The notes under the pieces: generated by a model
What the model was told of the DNA's origin: nothing
The model's database searches: none
What the model saw: only the letters and a program-made list of their open reading frames with translations
Translations under genes and position numbers: made by a program
Source: an uncultured Candidatus Saccharibacteria bacterium
GTDB taxonomy: Bacteria > Patescibacteriota > Minisyncoccia > Phycocordibacterales > Phycocordibacteraceae
Assembly: GCA_964595305.1 (NCBI GenBank)
Contig: CAZQPW010000001.1
Coordinates: 9,722-73,721, forward strand
Direction of reading: 5' to 3'
DNA length: 64,000 bases
Shown here: positions 1-10,392 of the stretch, in pieces
Layout of the letters: the number at the start of each line of letters is the position of its first letter
Numbering within the stretch: position 1 is the stretch's first letter

Positions 1-2550
1 GGTAAGCGTGTAGACTACTCGGGACGCTCAGTAATCGTGGTTGGTCCTACACTAGCTCTCGACGAGTGTGGTTTGCCTAAGCATATGGCACTCGAACTCT
101 TCCGTCCGTTCGTGCTTTCAAAGCTAATGAAGCGCGAACTAGCGTTCAACGTTCGTGCAGCGGGTAGGCTCATCGAAGACGGTATTCCCGAAGTGTGGGC
201 AATCCTTGAAGAGGTAATTAAGGACAAGCACGTGCTTCTTAACCGTGCGCCAACTCTGCACCGACAAGGAATCCAGGCGTTTCGACCAATCTTGATTGAA
301 GGAAACGCAATCCAGCTCCACCCCCTCGTTTGTCCGGCATTTAACGCAGACTTCGACGGTGACCAAATGGCTGTTCACGTGCCGCTCTCAGACGAAGCGC
401 AGCTCGAAGCAAAACATGTGATGTCGTCTAACAAGAACATCTTAAAACCAGGGTCTGGCGCACCAGTTGTTTCAACAGAAAAGGAAATTGCACTCGGTAT
501 TTACTGGATGACGCGCATAGTTCCGGGATCGCTTGGAGAAGGCAAATACTTTAGCTCTCCGAACGCTGCCATCCTTGCATTCGATTTCAACATCGTTGAT
601 CTACATGCAAAGGTTTGGGTAAATCCGACGTCAGGAAATCCAAAATATGCAGCATTTGAGAATCGATTTGAAACGAGTGTTGGTAGGCTGTTGTTTAACT
701 CAATCTTGCCTCGTGACTACCCGTATGTAAACGATGAGATTAAGAAGGCTTCACTGTCTAAAATTGTAGAGGACATGATCGCGCGCTATGGCCTTTCAGA
801 GCTTCCTCCAATTCTCGACAAGATTAAAGAGTTCGGCTTTACGTTCGCTACAAAGTCCGGCATTTCATTTAATGCCGCAGACGTAGTCGTTCCTAAAGAG
901 AAGCGAGCAATAGTTGAGAGTGCGCAAGAGGTGGTTCGAGGAATTATGGCCGACTATGCAGGAGGTCTCCTTACAGAGGAAGAGAAACATCGCATGATCG
1001 TCGAGGTCTGGCAAAAGGCAATTGGTGACATCCAAAAACACATCATTCCTAACATGAGTACAGAGTCATCGATCTTCACCATCATTTCTTCTGGAGCCCG
1101 AGGAAATATTGGACAGCTATCACAGATGGCGGGAATGAAAGGGCTCATGTCAAACACAAAAGGTGAGGTTATTGCCTTCCCAGTTATTTCGTCGATGAAG
1201 GAAGGAATCAGTCCGATCGAATACTTCACCACTACTCACGGTGCTCGTAAGGGTCTTTCCGACACAGCTCTTAAAACTGCTGCTGCGGGGTACCTTACCC
1301 GAAGACTTTTCGATGTTGCACAAGACGTCGTTGTTATCGGTGCAGACTGTGGTACTAAGAAAAAACTAACGGTCCGCAAAATGCGATCTACAGGAATTGA
1401 AGCTGACCTCGCGAAGCTCATAGTAGGTCGTGTGCTTGCAGAAAACGTTGAAGTCGAAGGAAAAACAATTAAGAAAGGCACGCTCATTTCGAATGAGGAT
1501 GCGCGCGCGATCGCAAATACCGGCGCTGCTTCAGTAGACGTACGTTCGCCAATGAGCTGTGAAAACGAGCATGGAGTTTGTCAGGCTTGTTATGGTTCAG
1601 ATCTTGCAACAAGAGAGCTCGTTGATGTTGGTGAGGCTGTGGGTACTGTTGCTGCTCAGGCTATTGGTGAACCAGGAACACAGCTCACCATGCGTACTTT
1701 CCACACAGGAGGTTCAGCGTCAGTTGGTGGTGACATTACGAACGGCCTTCCGCGTGTTGAAGAGCTCTTTGAAAAGCGCCCTCCAAAAGGAACTGCAATT
1801 CTCTCACACGTTGACGGAGAAGTAATAGAAGTTAAAGAAGATGGAGGACGCCGCACAATCGTGTTGCTTCCTGATGTAGGCACTACCAAGAAAGGCGACC
1901 GTGTTGAGTACGAAGTACCAGCGCGTCGCGTTCCGATTGTAACGGTAGGCTCAAAAGTTAAGAAGGGCGATGCGCTTACAGATGGTTCAGCGAATCTGGA
2001 CGAGCTTTTTGAGCTCGCAGGCCCATCAGTACTCCAGGCTTACATTATTGACGAAGTCTCGAAAATTTATGACCTCCAGGGCGCGTCAGTTGCTCACAAG
2101 CACATGGAAGTTATAATCCGCCAGATGTTCTCACGCGTACGCATTGTTGATCCTGGTGATTCAGGGCTGGCTAAAAGTGATGTGAGCGAGATAACGCTTA
2201 TAAATCGTAAAAACGACGAACTCGAAGCCGCAGGAAAGAACATAATTACATATGAACCTATGGTTCTTGGTATTACCGAGGTTTCACTCCATAGATCGAG
2301 CTTTCTTTCGGCAGCATCATTCTTGCAGACTACTAAGATACTCATCAATGCGGCAACTCGCGGCTCAATAGATACGCTGCGGGGTCTAAAGGAAAACGTT
2401 ATCATTGGACGCCTCATACCTGCAGGTACCGGCTTTGCTGGAAGTGAAAAGAATAGAATAATAACTGAATTCCAAAACGAGAGGAGAGAAGAGATGGCAG
2501 CAATAGATTCAACTGAAGAAGTTCGCGAAGAGTCAACACTTTCTCGCTAA
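1..2550 (+). CDS. rpoC: RNA polymerase beta' subunit, 5'-truncated by the window edge
   Basis: Frame is open from base 1 ([16 protein letters not shown]); catalytic [20 protein letters not shown] bridge helix, [13 protein letters not shown] trigger loop, [17 protein letters not shown]. Confidence 0.99.
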   Translation, partial: GKRVDYSGRSVIVVGPTLALDECGLPKHMALELFRPFVLSKLMKRELAFNVRAAGRLIEDGIPEVWAILEEVIKDKHVLLNRAPTLHRQGIQAFRPILIEGNAIQLHPLVCPAFNADFDGDQMAVHVPLSDEAQLEAKHVMSSNKNILKPGSGAPVVSTEKEIALGIYWMTRIVPGSLGEGKYFSSPNAAILAFDFNIVDLHAKVWVNPTSGNPKYAAFENRFETSVGRLLFNSILPRDYPYVNDEIKKASLSKIVEDMIARYGLSELPPILDKIKEFGFTFATKSGISFNAADVVVPKEKRAIVESAQEVVRGIMADYAGGLLTEEEKHRMIVEVWQKAIGDIQKHIIPNMSTESSIFTIISSGARGNIGQLSQMAGMKGLMSNTKGEVIAFPVISSMKEGISPIEYFTTTHGARKGLSDTALKTAAAGYLTRRLFDVAQDVVVIGADCGTKKKLTVRKMRSTGIEADLAKLIVGRVLAENVEVEGKTIKKGTLISNEDARAIANTGAASVDVRSPMSCENEHGVCQACYGSDLATRELVDVGEAVGTVAAQAIGEPGTQLTMRTFHTGGSASVGGDITNGLPRVEELFEKRPPKGTAILSHVDGEVIEVKEDGGRRTIVLLPDVGTTKKGDRVEYEVPARRVPIVTVGSKVKKGDALTDGSANLDELFELAGPSVLQAYIIDEVSKIYDLQGASVAHKHMEVIIRQMFSRVRIVDPGDSGLAKSDVSEITLINRKNDELEAAGKNIITYEPMVLGITEVSLHRSSFLSAASFLQTTKILINAATRGSIDTLRGLKENVIIGRLIPAGTGFAGSEKNRIITEFQNERREEMAAIDSTEEVREESTLSR

Positions 2551-4253
2551 TGTCTGATACAGTCCAAAAAATCAAAGACCGACTCAACATTGTCGACGTT
2601 GTTGGTTCGTATGTAAAATTGACACGTGCGGGGAGGTATTATAAGGGTCTCTCGCCGTTCACCAAGGAAAAGACACCTTCGTTCTTTGTTACTCCAGACA
2701 GAGGGCTATATCACTGCTTTTCAAGTGGGAAGGGTGGAGATATGTTTACGTTTGTTGAAGAGATGGAGGGGGTTGATTTCAAGGGCGCCTTGCTCATCCT
2801 TGCAGAAAAGGCTGGTGTTCAGGTAGAGTTTGGACCAGGAGACCAAACAGAAAGAGATATTCTGTTCAGAATCAATTCTGACTCAGCTGCGTTCTTTATT
2901 GAGTGTTTAAAGGTTCGGACAGACGCAAAAGCATATCTGGAAAAGCGTGGCGTTACCCAAGCGCTCGCAGATAAATGGCAAATCGGGTACGCGCCACGTG
3001 ACTGGAGTACGCTTAAAGATCATTTAACCAAGCTCGGTCACACTGAAGCTCTCATTGAACGGGCCGGCCTTATTAAACGACCAGACTCAGCTGATATTCC
3101 ACACGAAAAGGTACAAAGAACGTATGACCGCTTTCGAGGAAGAATTATGTTTCCTCTTAAAGATAGTACCGGCAGAATAATTGCATTTTCTGGCAGAATA
3201 TTCGAAGATGACCCGCAACATCCGCAGGCAAAATATATTAACTCGCCAGAAACACCTATCTTTGATAAATCAGCTGCGTTGTATGGAATCCATGAGGCCA
3301 GAAATGGAATCCGAACGCTCGGGTTCTCAATGCTCGTCGAAGGGCAGCTTGATCTCGTGTTGGCACAAAGCATCGGGTATGCAAACGCAGTCGCTACTAG
3401 CGGTACCGCTTTTACTGACACCCACGCACAGATACTTAAGCGCTACTCTCCAAACTTGCTAATCGCGTACGACGGAGACACTGCCGGCATTAAGGCGAGT
3501 ACGCGGGCAGCTGAGCGAGCGCTCCAACTTGGCATGAATGTTAAGGTGGCGACTATGAAAGCAGGTGAGGATCCGGCAGATTGCATTCTTAGAGACCAAA
3601 ACGATTTTAAGTCAAAAATTAAATCAGCATCGCACATCGTGGATTTTCTACTTAATCACGCGATTGCAAGCACTGCTGACCCAAGAGATCGTAAGTTGGC
3701 AGTAAGTCGAGACGTAGTTCCGATTATTGCTGCAATTGCTAATAAAATTGACCAGGCGCATTTTGTAAGTACCGTTGCTGCAGCACTATCAGTTCCAGTC
3801 GACGCGGTATATGCAGAGGTTGGGAAAATTGCTGCTCCGCGCCCGGTTGTTGCAGGCATTGAAAAAGAAGGTGGGGTCACGTATAGTGCGCGTGACATGT
3901 TGCTAGGGGTTTTCCTTGCGTTTAGTGACGCAGCTGACGGCAGGGTAGGTACGCTCACCGAAATAATCAATTTGCAGTTTGGCGAAAACGTAATTAAATC
4001 ATTAGTAAATCTAGATGATAACGAAAAGGAAAAGCTGCGTATGGTAGCCGAAGAACATTTCTTTATGCCGAACAAAACTATGGAAGAACAAGACAGGGTG
4101 CTTGCTGAATTTCAGAACGCACACACGAAACAAACGGCACGTTTGGAATATAATGCAAACCTTAAAGAGCTTACAGCAGCCGAAGCGGCAGGGGATGTCG
4201 AGAGGATCCAGCAACTTCAGAGGGCTTTGACCGAGATTGCGAAACGTTTATAA
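2550..4253 (+). CDS. dnaG: DNA primase
   Basis: N-terminal ZBD-like region, [31 protein letters not shown] and YDGDTAG; start overlaps the rpoC stop (TAATG). Confidence 0.97.
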   Translation: MSDTVQKIKDRLNIVDVVGSYVKLTRAGRYYKGLSPFTKEKTPSFFVTPDRGLYHCFSSGKGGDMFTFVEEMEGVDFKGALLILAEKAGVQVEFGPGDQTERDILFRINSDSAAFFIECLKVRTDAKAYLEKRGVTQALADKWQIGYAPRDWSTLKDHLTKLGHTEALIERAGLIKRPDSADIPHEKVQRTYDRFRGRIMFPLKDSTGRIIAFSGRIFEDDPQHPQAKYINSPETPIFDKSAALYGIHEARNGIRTLGFSMLVEGQLDLVLAQSIGYANAVATSGTAFTDTHAQILKRYSPNLLIAYDGDTAGIKASTRAAERALQLGMNVKVATMKAGEDPADCILRDQNDFKSKIKSASHIVDFLLNHAIASTADPRDRKLAVSRDVVPIIAAIANKIDQAHFVSTVAAALSVPVDAVYAEVGKIAAPRPVVAGIEKEGGVTYSARDMLLGVFLAFSDAADGRVGTLTEIINLQFGENVIKSLVNLDDNEKEKLRMVAEEHFFMPNKTMEEQDRVLAEFQNAHTKQTARLEYNANLKELTAAEAAGDVERIQQLQRALTEIAKRL

Positions 4254-4270
4254 TAATTATATACTTTTGT

Positions 4271-5512
4271 ATGGCCAAAAAGTCCAAGAAGCAGCGCAAA
4301 GTGTCAAAAAAGAAGACTCTCTCAAAAAAAGGGAAAAAGCCGCGATCCATAAAACGCGCACATCCAAAGCGTAAGATTTCAAAAAAGGCGCCTGCAAAAA
4401 AGCAGCAAAAGAAGGCTCCGGTAAAAAAGCTTTCAGATAAGCAACGCGCACTCGACACTAAGGCAACAAATCTAATTTCTCGTGGGAAACAGCGTGGTTA
4501 TATTACCTACAACGAAATTCTTAAAGAGTTCCCGACTATCGAAGAGAACGTGATGTTCCTCGAGGAGCTGTACGAGCGCCTCTCGGTAGCAGGCGTCGAC
4601 GTTCTTGAGTCAGGCGGTATGCTAGACGAGGTTCCAGACGACGTCGTGATGCGCGGTTCTTATCGCGGAGATAGCGGAGGGCACGACTCAATCCAAATGT
4701 ACTTGCGCGAGATAGGGCAGTACCCACTACTCTCTGGTCAAGAAGAGCGCGACTTGGCAAAACGTATCCAGAATGGGGATAAAGAAGCAGAGACACTTTT
4801 AGCGCGAGCAAACCTTCGCCTCGTGGTTTCAATTGCAAAAAAATACTCAAACCGCTCTAGCGACTTAACCTTACTTGACCTTATTCAAGAGGGGAATATG
4901 GGGCTGTTCCGTGCGGTTACCAAATTCGACTTTACAAAGGGATTTAAGTTTTCCACCTATGCGACGTGGTGGATACGTCAAGCGATAACACGTGCCCTTG
5001 CAGACCAGTCTCGAACTATACGTATCCCAGTGCACATGGTTGAGACGATCGCAAAGTATAAACAAGTCATGCGCAGACTTGAGCAAGACCTCGGGCGAGA
5101 CCCAATGCCCGAAGAAGTCGCAACAGAAATGGGAGTTGAGGTAGACAAAGTGTATCAAATTGAGCAGATCAACCAGGAGACGTTGTCTCTTGAGGCGCCA
5201 ATTACAACAGGTGACGATGAAGATGCTTCCCAGCGTGCTGACTTTGTCGCAGACCACACACTCCCATCGCCAGACCAAGAAACTGCACACCGGATCCTTG
5301 TGGACCAACTCGGAGAAATTATGGATGATCTCTCACCAAAAGAGCGCAAGATCCTCGGAATGCGTCACGGGCTCGATGACGGGGTTTACCATACGCTTGA
5401 GGAGGTAGGACAAGAGTTCGGGGTAACTCGTGAGCGCATCCGACAAATCGAAGCAAAAGCTCTCGATAAAATACGCACACACCAGAAATCCCGTCGCCTA
5501 AAAAGCTACTAA
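4271..5512 (+). CDS. rpoD: Primary sigma factor with a Lys-rich N-terminal extension
   Basis: Region 1.2 [11 protein letters not shown], region 2 [12 protein letters not shown] and [13 protein letters not shown], region 4 [20 protein letters not shown]. Confidence 0.97.
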   Translation: MAKKSKKQRKVSKKKTLSKKGKKPRSIKRAHPKRKISKKAPAKKQQKKAPVKKLSDKQRALDTKATNLISRGKQRGYITYNEILKEFPTIEENVMFLEELYERLSVAGVDVLESGGMLDEVPDDVVMRGSYRGDSGGHDSIQMYLREIGQYPLLSGQEERDLAKRIQNGDKEAETLLARANLRLVVSIAKKYSNRSSDLTLLDLIQEGNMGLFRAVTKFDFTKGFKFSTYATWWIRQAITRALADQSRTIRIPVHMVETIAKYKQVMRRLEQDLGRDPMPEEVATEMGVEVDKVYQIEQINQETLSLEAPITTGDDEDASQRADFVADHTLPSPDQETAHRILVDQLGEIMDDLSPKERKILGMRHGLDDGVYHTLEEVGQEFGVTRERIRQIEAKALDKIRTHQKSRRLKSY

Positions 5513-5526
5513 GTTATACTTAAGTG

Positions 5527-6345
5527 GTGGGACATTCCAAATACCCGATAAAGCATTGGAGTTATTCATCGCTGCTCTCGTTTTTGCGAAACCCTCTCGC
5601 ATGGCATAAGCGCTACGTTGATGGTGTATACGATACCCCCTCAAGCCCATCTGGGGTTATCGGTCGAGCTGCGCATGTAGCTTTGCAGCACTATTATAGC
5701 GGGTTCAAGATCGAAGAGGCTGTAGAGATGGGTTTGGCAAACTTGCGCTCAGTCCCTGATTTTGAAATTGAGTTTGGAAAGCACACATCGAAACGTGCAA
5801 AAAAAGAGAGGCGTCAAAACATGGAGAAGGAGCTGGTACAGGCGGTCAAGTTTTATCTTGAACGGCCTCCTCGTTACAAAAAAATAGTGGGGGTTGAGGT
5901 TAGTTCTATATGTAAGCTAGATAGCATCCCGCTCCCTATAAAAGCGATTTCAGACCTTGTAGTAGTCTCTTCGGCGAATCCAAACTCATTGGATATCGTA
6001 GACCATAAGTTTGTCGACTCATTTAGCGGTCTTGCTGGAGATAAACCACTCTTCGTATTGCAGGCGCTATTTAACTACTATACTGTGCGCGAACTTTATA
6101 AAAAGCCCGTGAACAGGTTCATTATTCAAGAATGCAAAAAGCGCAAAAATAATGATGGTAGTCAGCAGTTACGGCGCTATGTTCTTTCGTATAAAGATAT
6201 GGAAGATGACTTTGTAGTCTTTCACCGCTTACTTAAGGATGCAACCGAGGAGATCCGCAGGACGCGGCACTATCTGCCGAACCCTTCTGACATGTTCGAG
6301 GGGAAGAATTCATTCGAAATCTACCGTCAGGGGCTTATCGGTTAG
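5527..6345 (+). CDS. PD-(D/E)XK nuclease, RecB/AddB-like
   Basis: SYSSL N-terminal motif, G..AH..L, ISDL...IVDHK and Q...Y motifs; GTG start chosen 6 nt after TATACT. Confidence 0.75.
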   Translation: MGHSKYPIKHWSYSSLLSFLRNPLAWHKRYVDGVYDTPSSPSGVIGRAAHVALQHYYSGFKIEEAVEMGLANLRSVPDFEIEFGKHTSKRAKKERRQNMEKELVQAVKFYLERPPRYKKIVGVEVSSICKLDSIPLPIKAISDLVVVSSANPNSLDIVDHKFVDSFSGLAGDKPLFVLQALFNYYTVRELYKKPVNRFIIQECKKRKNNDGSQQLRRYVLSYKDMEDDFVVFHRLLKDATEEIRRTRHYLPNPSDMFEGKNSFEIYRQGLIG

Positions 6346-6349
6346 AACT

Positions 6350-7030
6350 CTAACGTAAAAGTGTGTCGACAACAGACTTAACTGTAGCAAATGGTTGCGC
6401 ACCCGGTAACGGGGTTGTTTTTCCATCTTTAGTAACTAGGATGTTATGAGGTGTACCTTGGCCGCCTGTTGTGCGCGCAGCATTGAAGTCATCTGTAATT
6501 CTTGCCTGTGTTTCACCGCTTGCCACGCAGGCTGCGTGTGCCTTAGAGTCTACACCGACCTGTGCGGCATATTCGCTTACGCGCGCCATGTCAGTTCGCT
6601 CGTTTAGTGGGGCCTTGTCAAAAAGTATATCTAGATACTTGAAGTATGCCTCATTCCCACCAAGTTTAGCTACACACTCTGCGGCTTCAGCGAGTTTTGG
6701 TGCATTTGGGTGTAATTGTTCAAGTGGGAAGTTACGTAATACCCACGCGACTTTGCCACTTGGGCCGTACTCAGCCAATATTTGCTTCATGGTTCCATGG
6801 AATTGTTTGCAAAATGGACACTCAAGATCAGTGTATTCAATAACTATCACATCGGCATTAGGGTTTCCTAGAATATGGTCAGCTGCCGTAACTGGTGGCA
6901 CAGACGCTTCTGGTTGCGCTGGAGCTTTGGGCGAAGCTTTGCCGACAAAAAATAATGAACCTGCAATAAGAGCACCTGCAACTACAATTGCGATTGGCAC
7001 TGCGAGCTGATTTTGTTGTGATGTTTCCAT
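6350..7030 (-). CDS. DsbA-family thiol-disulfide oxidoreductase, membrane anchored
   Basis: N-terminal TM helix, EYTDLECPFC, FPL..LHPNA, cis-Pro GTP. Confidence 0.92.
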   Translation of the reverse strand: METSQQNQLAVPIAIVVAGALIAGSLFFVGKASPKAPAQPEASVPPVTAADHILGNPNADVIVIEYTDLECPFCKQFHGTMKQILAEYGPSGKVAWVLRNFPLEQLHPNAPKLAEAAECVAKLGGNEAYFKYLDILFDKAPLNERTDMARVSEYAAQVGVDSKAHAACVASGETQARITDDFNAARTTGGQGTPHNILVTKDGKTTPLPGAQPFATVKSVVDTLLR

Positions 7031-7065
7031 AATGTTTCTTTCCTACATGGTACCATACATATTGT

Positions 7066-7854
7066 ATGTTTGAGTATATAGTGCTCGGGTTCGTGGAGGG
7101 GGTAACTGAATTTCTGCCCATTTCTTCATCTGCCCACCTACTTTTGGTAAGATACTTGTGGTTTCCAGCCCTACCAGCCGGGCTTGCGGTAGACGCGGTG
7201 CTTCAGCTCGGAAGTGTCTGTGCAGTTGTGCTATATTTTGCTCAAGATTTAATAAAAATAGCTTCTGCGCCTCGTACCCACGCTCGTTTATTAGCTTGGC
7301 TAGTAATTGCGACTGTTCCAGCAGTTGTGGTTGGGTACATGTTTGAGTCCGCAATCGAAAATTCGTTACGCAGCCCATATGTGGTCATATTTGCGCTCAT
7401 CACAGGATCAATAATATTTTTTGCTGCTGAGCGTGCACTGGTGCGTAATGAACGAGCACCCCTAGAGTCACTTACATTCAAAGGCGCCGCTCTGATTGGT
7501 TGCATGCAGGTGCTCGCGTTTGTGCCGGGTATGAGCCGATCTGGCATGACTGCTAGTGCAGGAATATTTGCGCGCCTGAGCAGGGAGGATGCATACAGGT
7601 TTAGCTTTTTGCTTTCAATCCCAATTCTGCTAGGTACCGGGCTAAAAAAGTTTATAGATTTGTACCAGACAGGATTCGATGGCATTCAAACTGGTTTTTT
7701 ACTTGCGGGGTTTGTCACCTCATTTTTAGTATCAATAGTGTCAATTTACATACTGATGAAGACGGTTACACGAGTGCCTCTAACGTGGTTTGCGCTGTAT
7801 AGGGTTATACTCGCGGCCGTTTTAACAGCAGCACTTATTGTGTTACCAGGGTAG
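7066..7854 (+). CDS. uppP: Undecaprenyl-diphosphate phosphatase (BacA)
   Basis: GFVEGVTEFLPISSSAHL and PGMSRSG motifs; multi-TM. Confidence 0.95.
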   Translation: MFEYIVLGFVEGVTEFLPISSSAHLLLVRYLWFPALPAGLAVDAVLQLGSVCAVVLYFAQDLIKIASAPRTHARLLAWLVIATVPAVVVGYMFESAIENSLRSPYVVIFALITGSIIFFAAERALVRNERAPLESLTFKGAALIGCMQVLAFVPGMSRSGMTASAGIFARLSREDAYRFSFLLSIPILLGTGLKKFIDLYQTGFDGIQTGFLLAGFVTSFLVSIVSIYILMKTVTRVPLTWFALYRVILAAVLTAALIVLPG

Positions 7855-8412
7855 GGTGTGTGTCAGCGCATCGCTTGCTGCTGTTTCCCAGTTGCTGGTG
7901 TCTAGCAAGATTTCTTTCTTTTTTCCAAAGTCGTCATAGGCAAGTTTTTTGTTTAAAAGGGCATAATCATAAATTTGCTTTGTGAGCTTTACGTCATCAA
8001 TGCAGTATGCTCTTACTTTCTCCACCTTGCCTTGCTTCCACCACTCAACCGCATCAAGTCCGTGGCCACTCTTCTTTTTCCCTAATGTAGCTTTCGCAAT
8101 AGAGTCCAACTTAATTCTTCTTCCCAATACGTTTTTAACCTCCTTTAGGATGTCCAGCGAACGTATCTTAGTTAGGTCGCCCGCGTAATACTTATTGAGG
8201 ATCGGGATATCAAAGTGATCACTATTAAATCCAATAAGCATGTCTGCCCGCTCAAATATGGGCCACATTTGGGGTAGCTCTTCGACTGTGTAGCTAGTGT
8301 AAAGATCAGTCTCACTATCGTGAACACCAACTATAGTGAGCTGCATGGAACTCAAATCCCATCCACCGGGCACAGACGAGCTCGTCTCGATGTCGAAAGT
8401 AACTTTTCTCAT
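7843..8412 (-). CDS. RNase H-like DEDD 3'-5' exonuclease (YprB/RNase_H_2-like)
   Basis: FDIET, GFNSDHFDIP and YCIDDV motifs. Confidence 0.82.
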   Translation of the reverse strand: MRKVTFDIETSSSVPGGWDLSSMQLTIVGVHDSETDLYTSYTVEELPQMWPIFERADMLIGFNSDHFDIPILNKYYAGDLTKIRSLDILKEVKNVLGRRIKLDSIAKATLGKKKSGHGLDAVEWWKQGKVEKVRAYCIDDVKLTKQIYDYALLNKKLAYDDFGKKKEILLDTSNWETAASDALTHTLPW

Positions 8413-8420
8413 GGGTAGAA

Positions 8421-9008
8421 TTAAATTGGGTGAGGTATAGGATTGATCTCAAGATTCTCTGCTTGAGCTGCACGAATAGTGCGCTCTACAAAGCGAGGGT
8501 GCGCAGCTTCCTCGAATAAAAACTCTCTTTTTTGGCCTGCTGTTTGGATAGTAACGTTTCCGAATCGTAATATGTTTTGAATAACCCCAACCGTGTGTGT
8601 CTCAACGTCTTGGATGTGCGATAGGTCTAGTATTGTAGCTACGTTCACGTTGAACATTCCGCGCAGCTCAAAGTCTATAACACGCCAATTTGTAATTATC
8701 CAAACGTCAAAATAATAGTCAGTCCATCTTACAAATATAAGTTGCCAGCAAATTAGCGCCCAAAGTGAACCAACGAGGCCTGCCAGCGCGCCAATTTTTG
8801 CTGCGGGCACACCTATTGAGGTGACTACGGTTGCTAAGATAGGGAGGATTATAAACGGTAAAATAAAGAGCAGAAGGACCGCAAAGACGTTTCTTAGTAG
8901 TACAAACCAGTGACTATGAACAACCGCACGTACCTCCTCGTTTGGTCGTGGATTATCAAGGGCTACCCCACTTGTATTGCTTTGTGAAAAAATATCTGAG
9001 AGATGCAT
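8421..9008 (-). CDS. Membrane protein with a bacterial PH (bPH_2-like) domain
   Basis: Two TM helices, then WIITNWRVI...IQDV...FGNVTIQTAG. Confidence 0.75.
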   Translation of the reverse strand: MHLSDIFSQSNTSGVALDNPRPNEEVRAVVHSHWFVLLRNVFAVLLLFILPFIILPILATVVTSIGVPAAKIGALAGLVGSLWALICWQLIFVRWTDYYFDVWIITNWRVIDFELRGMFNVNVATILDLSHIQDVETHTVGVIQNILRFGNVTIQTAGQKREFLFEEAAHPRFVERTIRAAQAENLEINPIPHPI

Positions 9009-9015
9009 ATTAAAA

Positions 9016-9204
9016 TTAAATTAGTGCTCTTAGGGCCATTAGAGATGTGTACAAAAAGAATACAGAACCAATTATATAGATCGGCAGCATTACCGAGACT
9101 ACCGGAAAAATTTTGCGATACGTTAACCAGTGATAAAAAAGAGCGAGCGCATAGTAGACGGTTACCAATATACCTATGGCAAATAACGCAAGGCCAATTA
9201 TCAT
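9016..9204 (-). CDS. Small 2-TM hypothetical protein
   Basis: 62-aa hydrophobic ORF with an ATGA overlap to prmC. Confidence 0.6.
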   Translation of the reverse strand: MIIGLALFAIGILVTVYYALALFYHWLTYRKIFPVVSVMLPIYIIGSVFFLYTSLMALRALI

Positions 9205-9857
9205 GATTTTAGTATAACAGTATATCGGATTATGCCATATTGGTCTTTGTGGGCAGCTGCAGTAAGTCCTAAACTTTCCGATACTGCATGTATCTGTACT
9301 TCATGCTCTGGCTCATGCTCAATCCACAACTCGCCACCAATATTTAGATGCGAGATGGCCCCACGTATCACTTTCCTGATAATTGCGAAACCTTGTTCAT
9401 CTGCAAATAACGCCAAGCGTGGTTCGTGTTCGAGAACATTTGGATCCACTCGTTCTATGCGCTCCTCAGCTAAATACGGTGGGTTAGAAAGGATAAAGTC
9501 AAACGTATCATTTACTGAATCGTACACATCGCTTTGGATAAACTGTGCTCGTGATGGGTCTATGTTGTTAAGTGCGAGCGACGACTGAACGGCACGGAAA
9601 TGGGTTGCATCAATATCTGCAAATGTTGCTTGAGTATTGGGGCAGTGAAATAGAGTGGCAATTCCAATGCAACCTGAGCCAGAGCACAGGTCTAAAATTT
9701 TGCAGGGGCCGCTTCTTTTTTGTATAGACTTTATTGCGAGCTCGGTCCAATACTCTGTTTCGGGACGAGGTATAAGTGGTCGAGTGGTAAGTGATATACG
9801 CGTCCCTAAAAAAGGTTTCCATTCGTATGCATAGTCCTCAGGTAATGGGGTGATCAC
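9201..9857 (-). CDS. prmC: HemK/PrmC-family methyltransferase lacking most of the N-terminal domain
   Basis: LIPRPETE, LDLCSGSGCI, NPPY; GTG 9857 lies 6 nt after TATCAT (alternative start 9872). Confidence 0.88.
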   Translation of the reverse strand: MITPLPEDYAYEWKPFLGTRISLTTRPLIPRPETEYWTELAIKSIQKRSGPCKILDLCSGSGCIGIATLFHCPNTQATFADIDATHFRAVQSSLALNNIDPSRAQFIQSDVYDSVNDTFDFILSNPPYLAEERIERVDPNVLEHEPRLALFADEQGFAIIRKVIRGAISHLNIGGELWIEHEPEHEVQIHAVSESLGLTAAAHKDQYGIIRYTVILKS

Positions 9858-9880
9858 AGTATTATGATACACTATTGCGT

Positions 9881-10321
9881 ATGAAGCATTTTGACTGGTG
9901 GAATATAGTATTTATACTTTTTTTTATTTTGCTTTCGATATTGGCAACGCAATACATTTTCACAAACACTGGTTTCTATGAGCTCAGTATTTGGGAATAT
10001 TTTATACTCGTAACTGCAATTTTTAGACTCACACGACTTACCACGTACGACCAAATCACTACATGGGTGCGGGACATGTTCGAAGACGCGAGGCCAAAAA
10101 CTTTTGCCGGAACAGTCAAAACGCTCATAAATTGTCCGTGGTGTACCGGACTTTGGTTCGCTTTAGTCGTACTGTTCTCTTACCTTGTGTTTCCGTTCGC
10201 TATATTCCCAATTTACATACTTTCGCTTGCGGGGGTAGCAAGTGTCGTTCAGCTTGCTGCAAACCTACTTGGCTGGTCTGCTGAGTTGAAGAAAACAGTA
10301 ACTCTCGAGCAGAAGCGTTGA
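9881..10321 (+). CDS. DUF1360-family membrane protein
   Basis: FRLTRL..YD.IT..VR and L..CPWCTGLW motifs. Confidence 0.8.
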   Translation: MKHFDWWNIVFILFFILLSILATQYIFTNTGFYELSIWEYFILVTAIFRLTRLTTYDQITTWVRDMFEDARPKTFAGTVKTLINCPWCTGLWFALVVLFSYLVFPFAIFPIYILSLAGVASVVQLAANLLGWSAELKKTVTLEQKR

Positions 10322-10392
10322 AGCCATATTTTGCCTATGGTACGAGTTGTTAAATATCGACAATTGTGATATAGTGATTTTAGCGGTACGCC

